This document shows, piece by piece, positions 1 through 12,900 of a DNA stretch of 64,000 bases. Both the position numbers and the translations under genes were made by a program. This DNA comes from Octopus bimaculoides. Taxonomy: Eukaryota. Position 1 is the first letter of the stretch, and the number at the start of each line of letters is the position of its first letter. Below the pieces are notes generated by a model. It searched no databases and had not been told where the DNA came from. It saw only the letters and a program-made list of their open reading frames with translations. The DNA lies in the NCBI RefSeq assembly GCF_001194135.2, contig NC_068989.1:38135637-38199636 (forward strand). The letters run 5' to 3'.

Positions 1-492
1 CAAACACTTATCTTAAGCAAAAGGCAACCACATAACCTAAAGAAACTATTAACAAAGACAAAATTTAACATGAACAAACAGGATAAAACATTCACAGTAT
101 CCAAGTGTATTGATACCAGTATGCACGTCAATACATGCATTACTGGTAGATACATTAGAACAAAAAAATGGGCAGATTTTCTCAAATGCAGATATGAACT
201 GCGAAAGCAGAAATTTGATCTACTGCATTAAATGCCCTACATTGGCGAGACAGGGAATGCATTATCAGAACACTCAAGAGTTCACAGAAAACAAATCCGG
301 AACACTAATGATCGCCAAATTCCATTGAGCGAACATATAGAAACATGTAGTCAGAAAATGTATCTAATTTTTCCTTTTCACAAACTACATGATGCAAGTG
401 AGGTTGGAAGAAAGATAAATGAAAACCGTTTCATTAAAATGTTCAAACCTGTTCTGAATGGAAATAACAACAATAATATAACAACCAGTTAA
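1..492 (+). mobile_element. Penelope-like element 3' relic: linker plus GIY-YIG endonuclease, frameshifted
   Basis: Joined frames read ...LILSKRQPHNLKKLLTK... then MNCESRNLIYCIKCP / PYIGETGNALSEHSRVHRKQI...PLSEHIETC...KINENRFIKMFKPVLN*. IYCI..C..YIGET..L..R...H is the GIY-YIG signature of Penelope-like elements. A small deletion near 232-240 splits it across two ORFs. Confidence 0.85.
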
Positions 493-1013
493 TGATGTGG
501 ATTAAAAAATATCTTTAACATATGAATACAAACAAATTACAGAAGACTTACACCGACTGAAATAAAAACGATTGAAACCAACTAAGTTTGCACACTCATA
601 AAACCATTACATGTAAACCACAAGCTAATTGGTTGAAATAAAGGTAGAATCTATGCCAGTAATATCGGTGCACCTGGCAAACCATGAAATTTAAACTGCA
701 TGCTGATTGGTCTAAACTATATTTGAAAACTTCAGCTTGTAAGAGCCTTCTAAAAAATATAAAAAGGAAGAAGTTAATCATTTTACTACAATTGTCAAGC
801 ACTCAACTCAACTGTCAGTTAATACATATTGAAATCTGATCATTACTACAAATGTATGAAAGCGCTAATTGAACTTTATGAACATTACTGAATTTTTTTT
901 TTAATGTTAAACACACTTCAATATTGGAAAAAAATGCTTTTTAAATACAATAATAAAAACTGTGAAAACCAGACTGTGTTGTAACTTTATTCAACTGATA
1001 TGTGTGTGTGCGC

Positions 1014-1043
<30 letters not shown>

Positions 1044-1044
<1 letters not shown>

Positions 1045-1200
1045 GATGTGACTGTGTGGTAAGAAGCTTGTTTTCCAACCACATGGTTCTGGGTTCACTT
1101 CCAATGCATGGTATCTTGGCCAAGTGTCTTCTACTATAGCCTTGGGCTGACCAAACCTTGTGAGTGGGTTTACTAGACAGAAATTGAAAGAAGCCTGTCA

Positions 1201-1248
<48 letters not shown>

Positions 1249-2040
1249 TATGTATATATATTTAAGTGTGTGTGTGTGTCTTTGTGTCTGTGTTTGTCCC
1301 TGCCAACATACCTTGACAACTGATGTTGGTGTAGAAAATTACGAGATATTCAGTAACAGTACTTTGGAGTAATGATTTTTGCCAACATAACTTGGCAGTC
1401 CTGATTTAGGACGGATGTTGCTGTAATTTAGCTCCAGGAGACATCATCTCCAGCTGGCTATATGACACAATCTGTGTCCTTATATTTTCGAACAAGGGAA
1501 TCTAGCATCCCCACTCAGTTCAAAACAATATCTGTGTTTCGCGCTTTCCGGGTTATTTTCCTTCATCAGCACAAAATAATTATTCAGCTAGAGGTGGCGC
1601 TGCCAAATTCCCATTTGAAATATATAGTTTTCAAAGTGACAACTTGACAACTAGTCACTGATCTATAAATTAGAAAATTAGAAAATCACAATACACAGAT
1701 ATTGTTTTTAGTTGAGTGGGGGTGCTAGATTCCCTTGTTTGAAAATATAAGGACACAGATCATGACATATAGCCAGCTGGAGACGATGTCTCCTGGGGCT
1801 AAATTACAGCAACATTCGTCCTAAACCAGGAATGCCATGTTATGTTGGCAAAAATCTTTACTCTGATGTTGGTGTGTTTATACTCCTGTAACTTAGCAGT
1901 TTGACAAAAGAGACTGATAGAATAAATACTAGACTTACAAAGAAGAGTTTTGGGGTCAATTTCTTCGACTAAAACCCTGGCAGTGCTCCAGTATTGCCAC
2001 AGTCAAATGACTGAAATGTGTAAAAGAATAAAAGAATATA
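1044..2040 (+). mobile_element. tRNA-derived SINE, family A, interrupted by a fold-back insertion at 1333-1863
   Basis: A-box/B-box-like head (GTGACTGTGTGG...GGTTCACTTCC), CTTGGCCAAGTGTCTTCTACTATAGCC core, internal (TA)n(TG)n and GTAAAAGAATAAAAGAA tail. Colinear with the copies at 13326, 15705 and 41421. Confidence 0.9.
1367..1863. mobile_element. MITE-like non-autonomous element with ~170-bp terminal inverted repeats
   Basis: 1367-~1537 (GAGTAATGATTTTTGCCAACATAAC...AAAACAATATCTGTGT) is the reverse complement of ~1693-1863 (ACACAGATATTGTTTTT...GTTGGCAAAAATCTTTACTC). No ORF. Confidence 0.85.
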
Positions 2041-2794
2041 AATATGTATGTATGTATGCATATGTTTTAATATTTTGTTTAGGCATTGTGAGATTAATAA
2101 GCTAGTGTAGAACTCAATATATGTATGTTCCAGAACAAAGTGTTAGATGAGTACAGAGTGATAAAAAAAACGACAACGAAGGAATAAGTGATTATCCTAT
2201 GAACTTCATCAGCTTACAGCTGTTTCTGTAATAAGATGCAGTGGAATTATAGTTGAGTGCCTAAATAACATCTTAAGCTTCATCTGAGTCAAAATATACA
2301 GTGAAGGCATTACCAGTGAGAAAGTCTTTGCTGAATATATAAAAAAGTGTAGGTCCATAAGGCAATCATATTTACTAGTAGAAAAAGTAGATAAAATAGA
2401 AAAAGTATATGTATATACACACATGCACATGTACTCAAAAACACATGCAGACACACAAGCAAATACACAGTGCACAATGTTGCACAAATGTAATTATTTT
2501 TCTCCCAAATAAATTGCACTTCATTTTTGAGGCTCTAATGAGGTTATAGGCTGTTATTCAGGCCCTCGACTATGAGTCCACTGTGTCTTATAGCAGACCA
2601 AGCTGTAAGCTAGTGAAGCTTATAACATAACCATCATTTCGCCTGTGTCATTTCTTTTTCTTACTTTCATATGTATATAAATATGCATATATATATATAT
2701 ATATATAGAAAGGACAACAAAAGAAAGAAAGAGACCTCGATATTATGTGAATAGAGGAATTTATCTGTAAAAATATGTGACACTTATTCGGTAG

Positions 2795-2862
2795 CCATGA
2801 TAAAACTCCGAGTTTCGGATGCAGGGGTGGGTACCCACACCAACATCTCTTCAGTTATCCGG
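2795..2862 (-). ncRNA. Candidate minimal type I hammerhead ribozyme (left arm)
   Basis: Minus strand reads CCGGATAA CTGAAGA GATG...CATC C GAAAC TCGGA GTT TTATC ATGG. Stem I is GATAA/TTATC and the stem III region is near-palindromic (ACTCGGAGT). Confidence 0.55.
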
Positions 2863-2914
2863 CCATTGAAAATTCCTGTGAAAAATAAGGAAATTTCACA
2901 GAAATTTTCAATAG

Positions 2915-2982
2915 CCGGATGACTGAAGAAATGTTGGCGTGGGTTCCCACCCCGGCATCCGAAACTCAGAGTTTTATCATGG
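2915..2982 (+). ncRNA. Candidate minimal type I hammerhead ribozyme (right arm)
   Basis: GATGA (stem I) - CTGAAGA 2923-2929 - long stem II (ATGTTGG/CCGGCAT with inner GTGG/CCAC) - GAAA 2961-2964 - AC/GT mini stem III with TCAGA loop - GUU site - TTATC (stem I 3'). Confidence 0.55.
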
Positions 2983-3007
2983 CTACCGAATAAGTGTCAC
3001 ATATTTT

Positions 3008-3049
<42 letters not shown>

Positions 3050-5754
3050 AATTACAATATTAGGGATAAAATCCAAAATTACAGGTAAAAACTCAATTAA
3101 AATCAATTTATTAAAAATTAAAATTAAATTAAGTTTCACAGTATAAAATATATATAAATATATAGTATTAGGGAAAAGAACCAAGGTTTATGTAAATATT
3201 TTATAAATATATATATGTATATATTTATACATATATGACTCTTAACTGGATTTCAATTCGGAATCTTTATTTCTCAAGTAGGGATAATAATAACATCTTT
3301 ATCTACTAATTCACAACCACAGGTTTATTATAAAGAAAATATAAAACCTGATAATGATTGGAAATCATACTGAATAGAAACACAGTGTAAAGATTTTGTA
3401 AATATACTTTCTAAAGTAAGATTAATATTCTAGAAAACTGTAACATTAGCAGCCACTCATATATTTAAACATTTTTATGAAAAGAGAGTGATACCTTGTC
3501 TCAGGCAAAGAAGAAACCAAAGATACTTAACAAAAACTAAAATATATTACAAGCGTCTACTGAATAATGGTTTCTCATCAGCTGGATGCACCTTTTAAAA
3601 TGAATAATTAAATAATGTATTCTAACCGTAAGATATGAGAAATGTAGTTATATTAAGAAAATATACCAGAAGATGAAAAAGTTTATAAAGAGCATCTTCA
3701 GAATTGGTAGGGCAGTGTTAATCTGTGTTGGCAAGAATATGATTGGAAATAAAAACTTAACTTGAAAACCACATATATCTTCAGGCCTTATTGGAAACTT
3801 AATGATCAACAACAAATTGCAAGCAGCAAATCATGTGAATATTTACCTGATGACTGGTGTAATATATCAATCGTGTTGCCAAATTCTTGTTTCCAGTTAT
3901 AATATGTAGAGCAGTGGTGATGACATATTTGGAAGAAAGCCAGAGTGGAAATGATTTATAATATCAAAGTTTTGTATTTTACTCTATTTTATTGTATTCA
4001 GATTCTGCTGTTGTTTTCTATACTTTTTACACATAAATTTTCATAAAACATATACCAGTCATTTACTGAGTTTCAAAGAAATAACTATACATTTCCACCT
4101 AAAAACTTGGCTATGTTTCTCGAGCCAAAATAATTATTATTTACATGAAAATTAGATTAACTCCTTAGTAAACCATGCATTCATAGCATTTCGAACAAAA
4201 TTGCCTTATTATAAACAGTATAATATAACACTGCTATTCATTATGTTCACCCTCTAGAATGGCCACCAACAGAACCTTTACACATATGTGACACAATAAT
4301 AGTGGAACCTATACATGGTGGATCAATCACCAAAATGTAGCAATGATATCTCTCTGAAATTACACACCATTATCTTGGAAAATGCTGAACATGATTGGAT
4401 TGGTTTTATTTATAGATTTTTTTTTTGTTTTCTTGATCAGCAATAACAACTGATATAGAGGATCAAACCTGACAATAGACAAAATGCAACATGCACCAAG
4501 TAGCGAATACCTATACAATAAATAACCACATAGCAGTGAGGTCTTTGGCTAGTTGAATGTTTGATGCATTTGGAAAAATAGAGAACTGTTTTTTTTTACT
4601 GTGTAGTCAATAAATTTTATCAGATCTGCCTACTTAGAGATAACTGAGACTACACAACATCAGTTACTGGAATGAAAGATCTACATGCTGTTGTTTTTAG
4701 GCCAAGTCTTTGATTATCCTGAATTTTATTGCTGACACAGCAAATCTTGAACTAATTTATCCAATGTCTCCTACTGTCTTTAAATATAAGTGTGTGATCT
4801 GCTTGTTTTTAAAGATACATAAGCAACCAAAGTAAAGCTCTCATATTGGCATGTAAAAAACTTAAAAGGTGGCATAACCATGTCTGTGCACACACAAGCA
4901 TGCATGCATGCACACACGCACACACAAGTACACACACACTCAAAATTTTGATGTTTTAGATATAAAATTAGCATATTATATTTAAGATACTGGATGACAT
5001 ATAAAATTAAAATATCATAAATAGAAGACTACTCAAAAATCAGAGAAACTATTAGGATTTCTTTTGTAATATTCACAGAATACAGTAATTACATTTCCCA
5101 CTTACCTCCCCAACATCTATTAGTTTCCATCCTTCTAAACTTACGCTAACACCTCTCCTGAACACATATATTATTTAAGCACCATTCCAAACAATTACAC
5201 TAATTAGACACCTCCCCCCTCCAACAACAACAACAACCAAAATTTCATATAAAGAAGGTTCTCACTCTCTTTTGTTACCTAACAGCTATGATCTGAATTT
5301 GGGAGATGAATTTATTTGAATCTTTTTAAGATTTAAGCAAACACGGATATAGGCTAATTCAATTTCTGTAAATGATAACCAAACAGGATAAATTAAATAC
5401 TTGCTGGAATCAAATTGTTCATAATAAATAATAATAATAAATGAATTCATCTATTCAATTTATTTAGCCTAAACTATTAAGAATGAGCTTCAAGATTGTT
5501 TTGATGGTACATATACCAAGTTTTGCATGGAATGTCAGAACAACATGAGTACAAAACTTAAGATGAGGTTTTTAGATTCAATCCACTTGTCTCTATTATT
5601 GTTGTTCAATACAGGGCATTGATAACCTGCTGAATACCAGAGTATATTGAATGCTTCTTGAAAAATAAATATTGTGGAAATTGAAAAGTTAACACTATGC
5701 AGAAAGCAGAAATCAGAAATCTTTGGTTGAAAGAGGGTTTCTTGTTTGGCAAGT

Positions 5755-6060
5755 GGGAGTGGCTGTGTGGTAAGTAACTTGCTTACCAACCACATGGTTC
5801 TGGGTTCATTCCCACTGCGTGGCACCTTGTGCAAGTGTCTTCTACTATAGCCTCGGGCCAACCAAAGCCTTGTGAGTGGATTTGGTAAACGGAAACTGAA
5901 AGAAGCCCATCTTATATATATATATATATATATNNNNNNNNNNACTAGGCTTCCAAAGAATAAGTCTTGGAGTCGATTTGCTCGACTAAAAGGTGGTGCT
6001 CCAGCATGGCTGTAGTCAAATGACTGAAACAAGTAAAAGAGTAAAAGAGTAAGAGAGAGT
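5755..6060 (+). mobile_element. SINE family A (young; internal microsatellite lost in N gap 5934-5943)
   Basis: GGGAGTGGCTGTGTGGTAAG head, GGCACCTTGTGCAAGTGTCTTCTACTATAGCC core and GTAAAAGAGT tail. Confidence 0.9.
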
Positions 6061-6189
6061 ATATATATATATATATATTAGTCACTATGAGGATATTTAG
6101 ACCTCTTATAGGGATATTTTTTATCCAAGATACACTGGTTTAATATATATTGCATTTTGAAGAGATATTTCTTCAATGAATATATTATA

Positions 6190-6680
6190 TAAAATATCAT
6201 AGAATATCAAATATTATTATTAAGTTTGAAAACAGAGAGATCTAATTAATTTATTAATTGATCAACATCTTCACCTATAATTATTTCATTTCTCAACCAA
6301 AATTAAAACAACAAAACATATATAAATATATAATTTTGCATTTTAAAATACCTTGGGTAGAAAATTATCAGGGTGCACAAAAGGACAATACAAGAATTAC
6401 ATTGTTTATAATAAAGATGATTATATATTCTGAGTATATAGGAGTAGTCCAACAGAACATAATGTAGTCCTTGTATTCTTCTTTTGTACACCCTGATGGT
6501 TTTCTAACCAAGGTATTTTAAAATGCAAAATTATATATTTATATGTTTTGTAATTTTGATTTTGGTTGATAAATGAAACAATTGTAGGTGAAGATGTTAA
6601 TTGATTAATGAATTAATTTGTATCCATTTGATCTCTCCATTTTCAAACTTAATAATATTTTATATTTCCTGAGATATATA
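6190..6680. mobile_element. Fold-back element with ~200-bp imperfect inverted arms
   Basis: 6207-6410 (TTATTAAGTTTGAAAA...TGCATTTTAAAATACCTTGGGTAGAAAATTATCAGGGTGCACAAAAG) pairs with 6460-6665 (CTTTTGTACACCCTGATGGTTTTCTAACCAAGGTATTTTAAAATGCA...TTTTCAAACTTAATAA). Confidence 0.85.
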
Positions 6681-6789
6681 TATGCCAAAGGCCCTGTGTT
6701 AGTGTTAAACAACTTAATGAATTAAGTCTATCATCTGAAAATAATTGCCTATATATAAGTGCATGCATGTGTGTGTGGGGGGGGGGTGC

Positions 6790-7714
<925 letters not shown>

Positions 7715-7720
<6 letters not shown>

Positions 7721-8035
7721 TGTTGTATTTTGGGTTGCTCATTTTATTTATTTATTTTTTGCCATGTAAACACACACACTATATATTTTTCCTTCACTTG
7801 TTTACTACTGGTATTTTATTATTCTAAAGCCTGTCCATTGTCAGGACAGTAGACAGGCATTAAAATAATAAAATAACAGTAATAAACGAGTGAAGAAAAA
7901 AATAGGGCGTGTGTTTATTTGGAAAGAAAAAAAATAATAAACAAAATGACCACCCTGAAATACAACAATGTCTGTTTCAACACACAATTTCACATCAAGA
8001 ATCTTGCAAAGCGAATTGATAAACATATATATATA
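7715..8035. mobile_element. Palindromic element, internally deleted relative of the 30.9-31.3 kb element
   Basis: TTCACTTGTTTACTACTGGTATTTTATTATTCTAAAGCCTGTC pairs with GACAGGCATTAAAATAATAAAATAACAGTAATAAACGAGTGAA. The reverse complement of 7905-8035 matches 30885-30990. Confidence 0.8.
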
Positions 8036-8160
8036 TTTAATACAGAGCAAATAATTCAGGAGAAAATATTTGCGAAGATATTATTATCTAGTGTAACAAT
8101 TAAAAATGATAATAACGGAATCAATAATATAGGCAATTGCAGGCCCAAAAAAGCATTAAA

Positions 8161-8610
8161 TAGCTGAAGGATTAAAATTAATCAAAACACACACTATGAC
8201 TGCCTGCTGGAAATAACAAAGAAAATCTTATTAAAATCATCAAAAATCACAAATATTTTCTCTTGAATTATTTGCTCTGTATGGAAATTATTTTCACACT
8301 GGTGGCTGCCAAGATTGGTGCAAAACAAATCAGTTGCAGTGTAGACTTTGATGTGACGGGTTGGGGCTCTCCATCATGGTAACGTGTGCTGAGGAAGGTG
8401 AGGCTATAATGCCAGTCCAGAAACCGGGCCACATGAGTCTAAATACCTGAATGCATGCTGAGAGATTATCTTAGCCTGTTTGCCCTCAGATGGTTGATTT
8501 CTGTAGTTATTATCAGTGTATTTTCGGCAATTTGAATAAGAGATTTCACTTATTTCCAGCAGGTAGACATACTTAGTATGTCCTTTGATTAATTTGAATC
8601 CTTCAGCTAT
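8161..8610. mobile_element. Fold-back/MITE-like element with ~90-bp imperfect terminal inverted repeats
   Basis: Begins TAGCTGAAGGATTAAAATTAATCAAA...CCTGCTGGAAATAA and ends TTATTTCCAGCAGG...TTTGATTAATTTGAATCCTTCAGCTA. TA at both ends; the right end runs into (TA)n. Confidence 0.75.
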
Positions 8611-8612
8611 AT

Positions 8613-8651
<39 letters not shown>

Positions 8652-9360
8652 NNNNNNNNNNNNNNNNNNNNNNNNNNNNNNNNNNNNNNNNNNNNNNNNN
8701 NNNNNNNNNNNNNNNNNNNNNNNNNNNNNNNNNNNNNNNNNNNNNNNNNNNNNNNNNNNNNNNNNNNNNNNNNNNNNNNNNNNNNNNNNNNNNNNNNNNN
8801 NNNNNNNNNNNNNNNNNNNNNNNNNNNNNNNNNNNNNNNNNNNNNNNNNNNNNNNNNNNNNNNNNNNNNNNNNNNNNNNNNNNNNNNNNNNNNNNNNNNN
8901 NNNNNNNNNNNNNNNNNNNNNNNNNNNNNNNNNNNNNNNNNNNNNNNNNNNNNNNNNNNNNNNNNNNNNNNNNNNNNNNNNNNNNNNNNNNNNNNNNNNN
9001 NNNNNNNNNNNNNNNNNNNNNNNNNNNNNNNNNNNNNNNNNNNNNNNNNNNNNNNNNNNNNNNNNNNNNNNNNNNNNNNNNNNNNNNNNNNNNNNNNNNN
9101 NNNNNNNNNNNNNNNNNNNNNNNNNNNNNNNNNNNNNNNNNNNNNNNNNNNNNNNNNNNNNNNNNNNNNNNNNNNNNNNNNNNNNNNNNNNNNNNNNNNN
9201 NNNNNNNNNNNNNNNNNNNNNNNNNNNNNNNNNNNNNNNNNNNNNNNNNNNNNNNNNNNNNNNNNNNNNNNNNNNNNNNNNNNNNNNNNNNNNNNNNNNN
9301 NNNNNNNNNNNNNNNNNNNNNNNNNNNNNNNNNNNNNNNNNNNNNNNNNNNNNNNNNNNN
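8652..9360. other. Assembly gap flanked by (TA)n/(TG)n
   Basis: N-run. Other gaps are at 5934-5943, 15858-15867, 18949-19912, 30334-30848, 31797-31899, 35122-35238 and 49456-49843. Confidence 1.
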
Positions 9361-11355
9361 TGTGTGTGTGTGTAATGTATGTATGTATATATATATATAT
9401 ATATGTAATGCATGTATGAATGTGTGTATGCATGTATATATGTATGTCTGTATATGTTCTTACCTGTGTTCACATTAGTGTTCCAGTGTGAAAGTTTACA
9501 TTCTGATCTGAGCTGGAGGCAGTGCCATTTATTGATATTTTTTCAGACAACAGATCATTTAGTAACTCTGTGCTTTCAAAGGCAAGTGCAATGAAACTTT
9601 CCTTACTTCAAAACAGGTAAGAGTTAACAGCAAGAAGGTCATCCAGCTGTAAACCAACGCTTCAACAATATGTATTCATCTAAAACAAGCTAGCATAGGA
9701 AAACCGGCATAAAATAAATGTATGTTCATAAGGGAATTTCTTTAGTCTTAATAGTTGTACTGTGCTTCACCTTTATTACCATTAAAGCTGAAGTAGTGGA
9801 TTCAGATAAATATGAGTGAGGAAATTATAAAACTGCTGCCATTACTAATTTATAGTAGTATTGGAAATTCTGATTCCACATTCAGCCAATAAAAAAGAAT
9901 GCTGAAAATTCAAGTTTGAGATTTGAATCACATGATTGCGCTACAAATTCTTCTTGAATCGTCAAAGAAATATGTTTCATTGCTACACTGAATGGAAATT
10001 TATAATTGTTTATGCCTATGTTGAAAATATTTGCAGAACAATTTTTGTACACATACCAAATGCTTGAATTTGATCTGCTTTTTCAAATTAAGTCAAATTT
10101 TTTTCATAGACAAAATTCATTAATTCATTTCTCAATATAAAACTTTTCAATGTCATCTTACAATGTTAAAAAGTTTGTGTTTTCCTCTTGAAGGAACATA
10201 TTGAGTTTATCAAAACTTTGACAAATAGCATAATTTGCAAAGCCAAGTTTTGTATGAAAGAATTCTCTAAGATTTCAGCTCTTTCTGATTAAAACAGTTT
10301 TACTTCAATTTCAAAGTCTACGTGCTATCTCAAAGTCTATCTTTGAGGGCCATCACACTTTTGAATGTGATAAAACTTGGCTAAATTTGGATCTCATATC
10401 CTGGCATAGATTTTACAAATATATGGTTATTAAATGTATCTTAATGGAAATGATAATTTGAACTACATTTTGAATTATCACATTTAATTCTGAGGAAATT
10501 ATTTTAGTCATCTAAGATGAATCAAGCAATGAGTAAATGTAGAAGGTTTATTGTTTGCAAATCCATTTTCTAGAAAACAACTTCATCCATTGTACATCTA
10601 GCTAATGATTGACAAACAGTAAGTTCTCGTACACACTGTTTTCATATGAACATCTGACAAATATCACTAGCGGAGTGGAGTTGCATTTATAAATCAGTCA
10701 GGTTGTCCAAATAAATCACAAAATTATTCCTTCTTTTTACTCTTTCTGTAAGTTTCACAAATTTGTTACAATTTATTTCTGCAGTTGCTATTTTTTTTTA
10801 GAAACCATTTAATCAGGCAATGAAAGGTTTCATATTTTATCCAATAGATCGTTTCTGTTATAATTTCCATGATTCTAATTGCCACTACCTACTCAAGCTC
10901 TTTGCCATATGTATACTTTTCATTTTTAAGCTTTTGTAATTAAGTATGAAACTTTGTATGACACTCTTAAGTATTTTATTTAAGCCAAAGTATGTTTTTC
11001 AAAAAATTGTTTCTGCACATTTGAAGACATCAGTTATCTTTAAATAAATGATAAAGATTTACTTGCATAAGCAGCATATTTGGAATCAAGTGTCTTTTCA
11101 TTTAACAGGCTTCAAAGTTTCATTTGATAAATATTCATATAAAATTAAATTGCATGTGTTATGCTCATCATACCTAAGAGCAAAAATAAATTCATATTGC
11201 AAACAGATCGACTACATATGGACATGTTCCATTTCTACAGCTTCACTTGCTTTCTGATTCACTTCACTGTTGTTTTTTACCATGTTCATCTTCAACACTT
11301 GTAACCATAGGGAAATATTTTTATTTCTATGTAATAATAACAAATTTATCGAATA

Positions 11356-11510
11356 GGTGCAGGCATGACTGTGTTAAGGAGTTTGCTACCCACCCACATA
11401 GTTCTAGTTTCTGGGCAAGTGAAATGTCTTCAATTATATTTGGCTGATGAAAATAAAATAAGCCCATTGTATATATGTGTGTGTGTATCCCAGCATGAAA
11501 AGCAAACATA
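11356..11510 (+). mobile_element. Degenerate SINE family A head
   Basis: GGTGCAGGCATGACTGTGTTAAGGAGTTTGCTACCCACCCACATAGTTCTAG...GGGCAAGT matches the family head. Confidence 0.6.
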
Positions 11511-12714
11511 AAATGATGATGAATTATTTATATTTTTTAATAAATTTAAAATTTGAACATTTAAAACCATATTTTAATATAAAATTTTAAATTTGACATA
11601 TAAAGTTACTTTGGGATATGTGAAAACTTGCATTATTATTTGTTGATTTTTATAAGTAAAACACATCGCAATTAAATTATTTGACCTATAATTTGCTACT
11701 GAGATACTGGATATATATATAACATATATACTGGCTATATATATAATATAAAAGCACATATTGTTAACACCTTTCTCAAAACCACTTCTTTCTCTTAGAC
11801 TGCTACAGAAAATATGGATGTAAGAGGCAAAACATTTATAATTCTCTTTATCTTGTACTTCCACAAATATAGAACTCTACCAATGAAAAGGGTATGATAA
11901 GTCTGTGTGTATAAACAATATGTAGACACTTTTAAAAATTTATATTTGCAGATTAATAAATTCATACAGGGAAAAGTAATGATTTTTCCATTGTTAAGTT
12001 TATATATATTCTTGCAATAATGCTCTTTTAGGTCACAGGTGACAGTGATAATGAAAAATAGGGTAAGATAAAAGAAATTGACATACATATTTTATAATCC
12101 GGTCATATCTAGATACAACAAATCAGCTTAATTCCTGTGAAATGTTTCTTGCTGAGACTAGCTGGAGTGACAGGACACAATGACTAATTTTATTTTGCTT
12201 GGATTCTGAGTAGAAAGAAAACGAATTGCTTGCTCTAGCTTCATTTTATAAAAAAAAAGAGAAGAAAGATTTAAATTCCATTTATATAAACAGTGCAAGG
12301 CTGAGAGACACTGTTTTTTCATTGATCCAATGAACTAGTAAAAAATGATGAATGACCAGAATTTTATCTGGTACCTTGGGGGTCACTATACAATTAATAG
12401 TGGCCAAAGATAAGACAAGTTGCCAAATGCCATGAAATATAATAACAAATATGCTACAAATCATTATAAAATAAACAGGTTATTACACCAAATTAACAAA
12501 AATTAGTATTGGTAAAAAATATAAAAACATCTTGTTTGTAAATTTCCAGATACAGCATGTGTGTGTGTGTTTGTGTGTGTACGTCTGTGTGTGCACACAC
12601 GCATGTGTGCAAATACATTTTATGGTGATATTTTCTGTTACTGTATACACTAAATCACAAAAGGTTGTTGACTCTATACATACATACATATTATCATCAT
12701 GATCACAATTATCA

Positions 12715-12900
12715 TCATCATCATCATCATTGATATTTAATACCCAGCATCGATGTTGGCATGAATTGTATAGTTCAACAGGAGGACTTGTGTCAAGTTG
12801 CAGCTCCTGCTTTAGCATGCTTTATGTGGCCAGATACTCTTCTTAACTCAAACACCTTTACAGAGTGTACTGAGTGCTTTTCTCATGCACTAGTTAAGTC
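12715..12900 (-). mobile_element. Degenerate SINE family C 3' part with (GAT)n tail
   Basis: (ATC)n followed by GATACTCTTCTTAACTCAAACACCTTTACAGAGTGTACTGAGTGCTTT, a diverged match to the 29750-29945 copy. Similar relics at ~9595-9720 (+), ~28425-28640 (-) and ~57325-57400 (-). Confidence 0.5.

Larger units (their letters stand above)
2766..3011. mobile_element. Near-perfect palindromic element (~118-bp arms, ~10-nt loop) between (TA)n tracts; Penelope pseudo-LTR-like
   Basis: TGTAAAAATATGTGACACTTATTCGGTAGCC...CTGTGAAA is mirrored by TTTCACAG...GGCTACCGAATAAGTGTCACATATTTTTACA. CpGs are intact, so it is probably young. Confidence 0.9.

Noticed and set aside
492-600. Hammerhead downstream of the first Penelope endonuclease
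   Set aside because: Only scattered partial motifs (AATGATG, CAGAAGA, TTGAAAC), with no consistent stems.
1596-1612. CTCF-like AGGTGGCGC in the MITE spacer
   Set aside because: The 5' half of the motif does not match; one partial hit is not evidence.
3323-3415. 93-nt ag...gt exon with one in-frame TGA (VYYKENIKPDNDWKSY*IETQCKDFVNILSK), tempting as selenocysteine or editing read-through
   Set aside because: No homology or SECIS evidence; such patterns are expected by chance in AT-rich DNA.
8585-9478. Long ORFs in the track (also 18792-20150, 30234-31032, 49233-49948)
   Set aside because: They are runs of N translated as X, which are assembly-gap artefacts.
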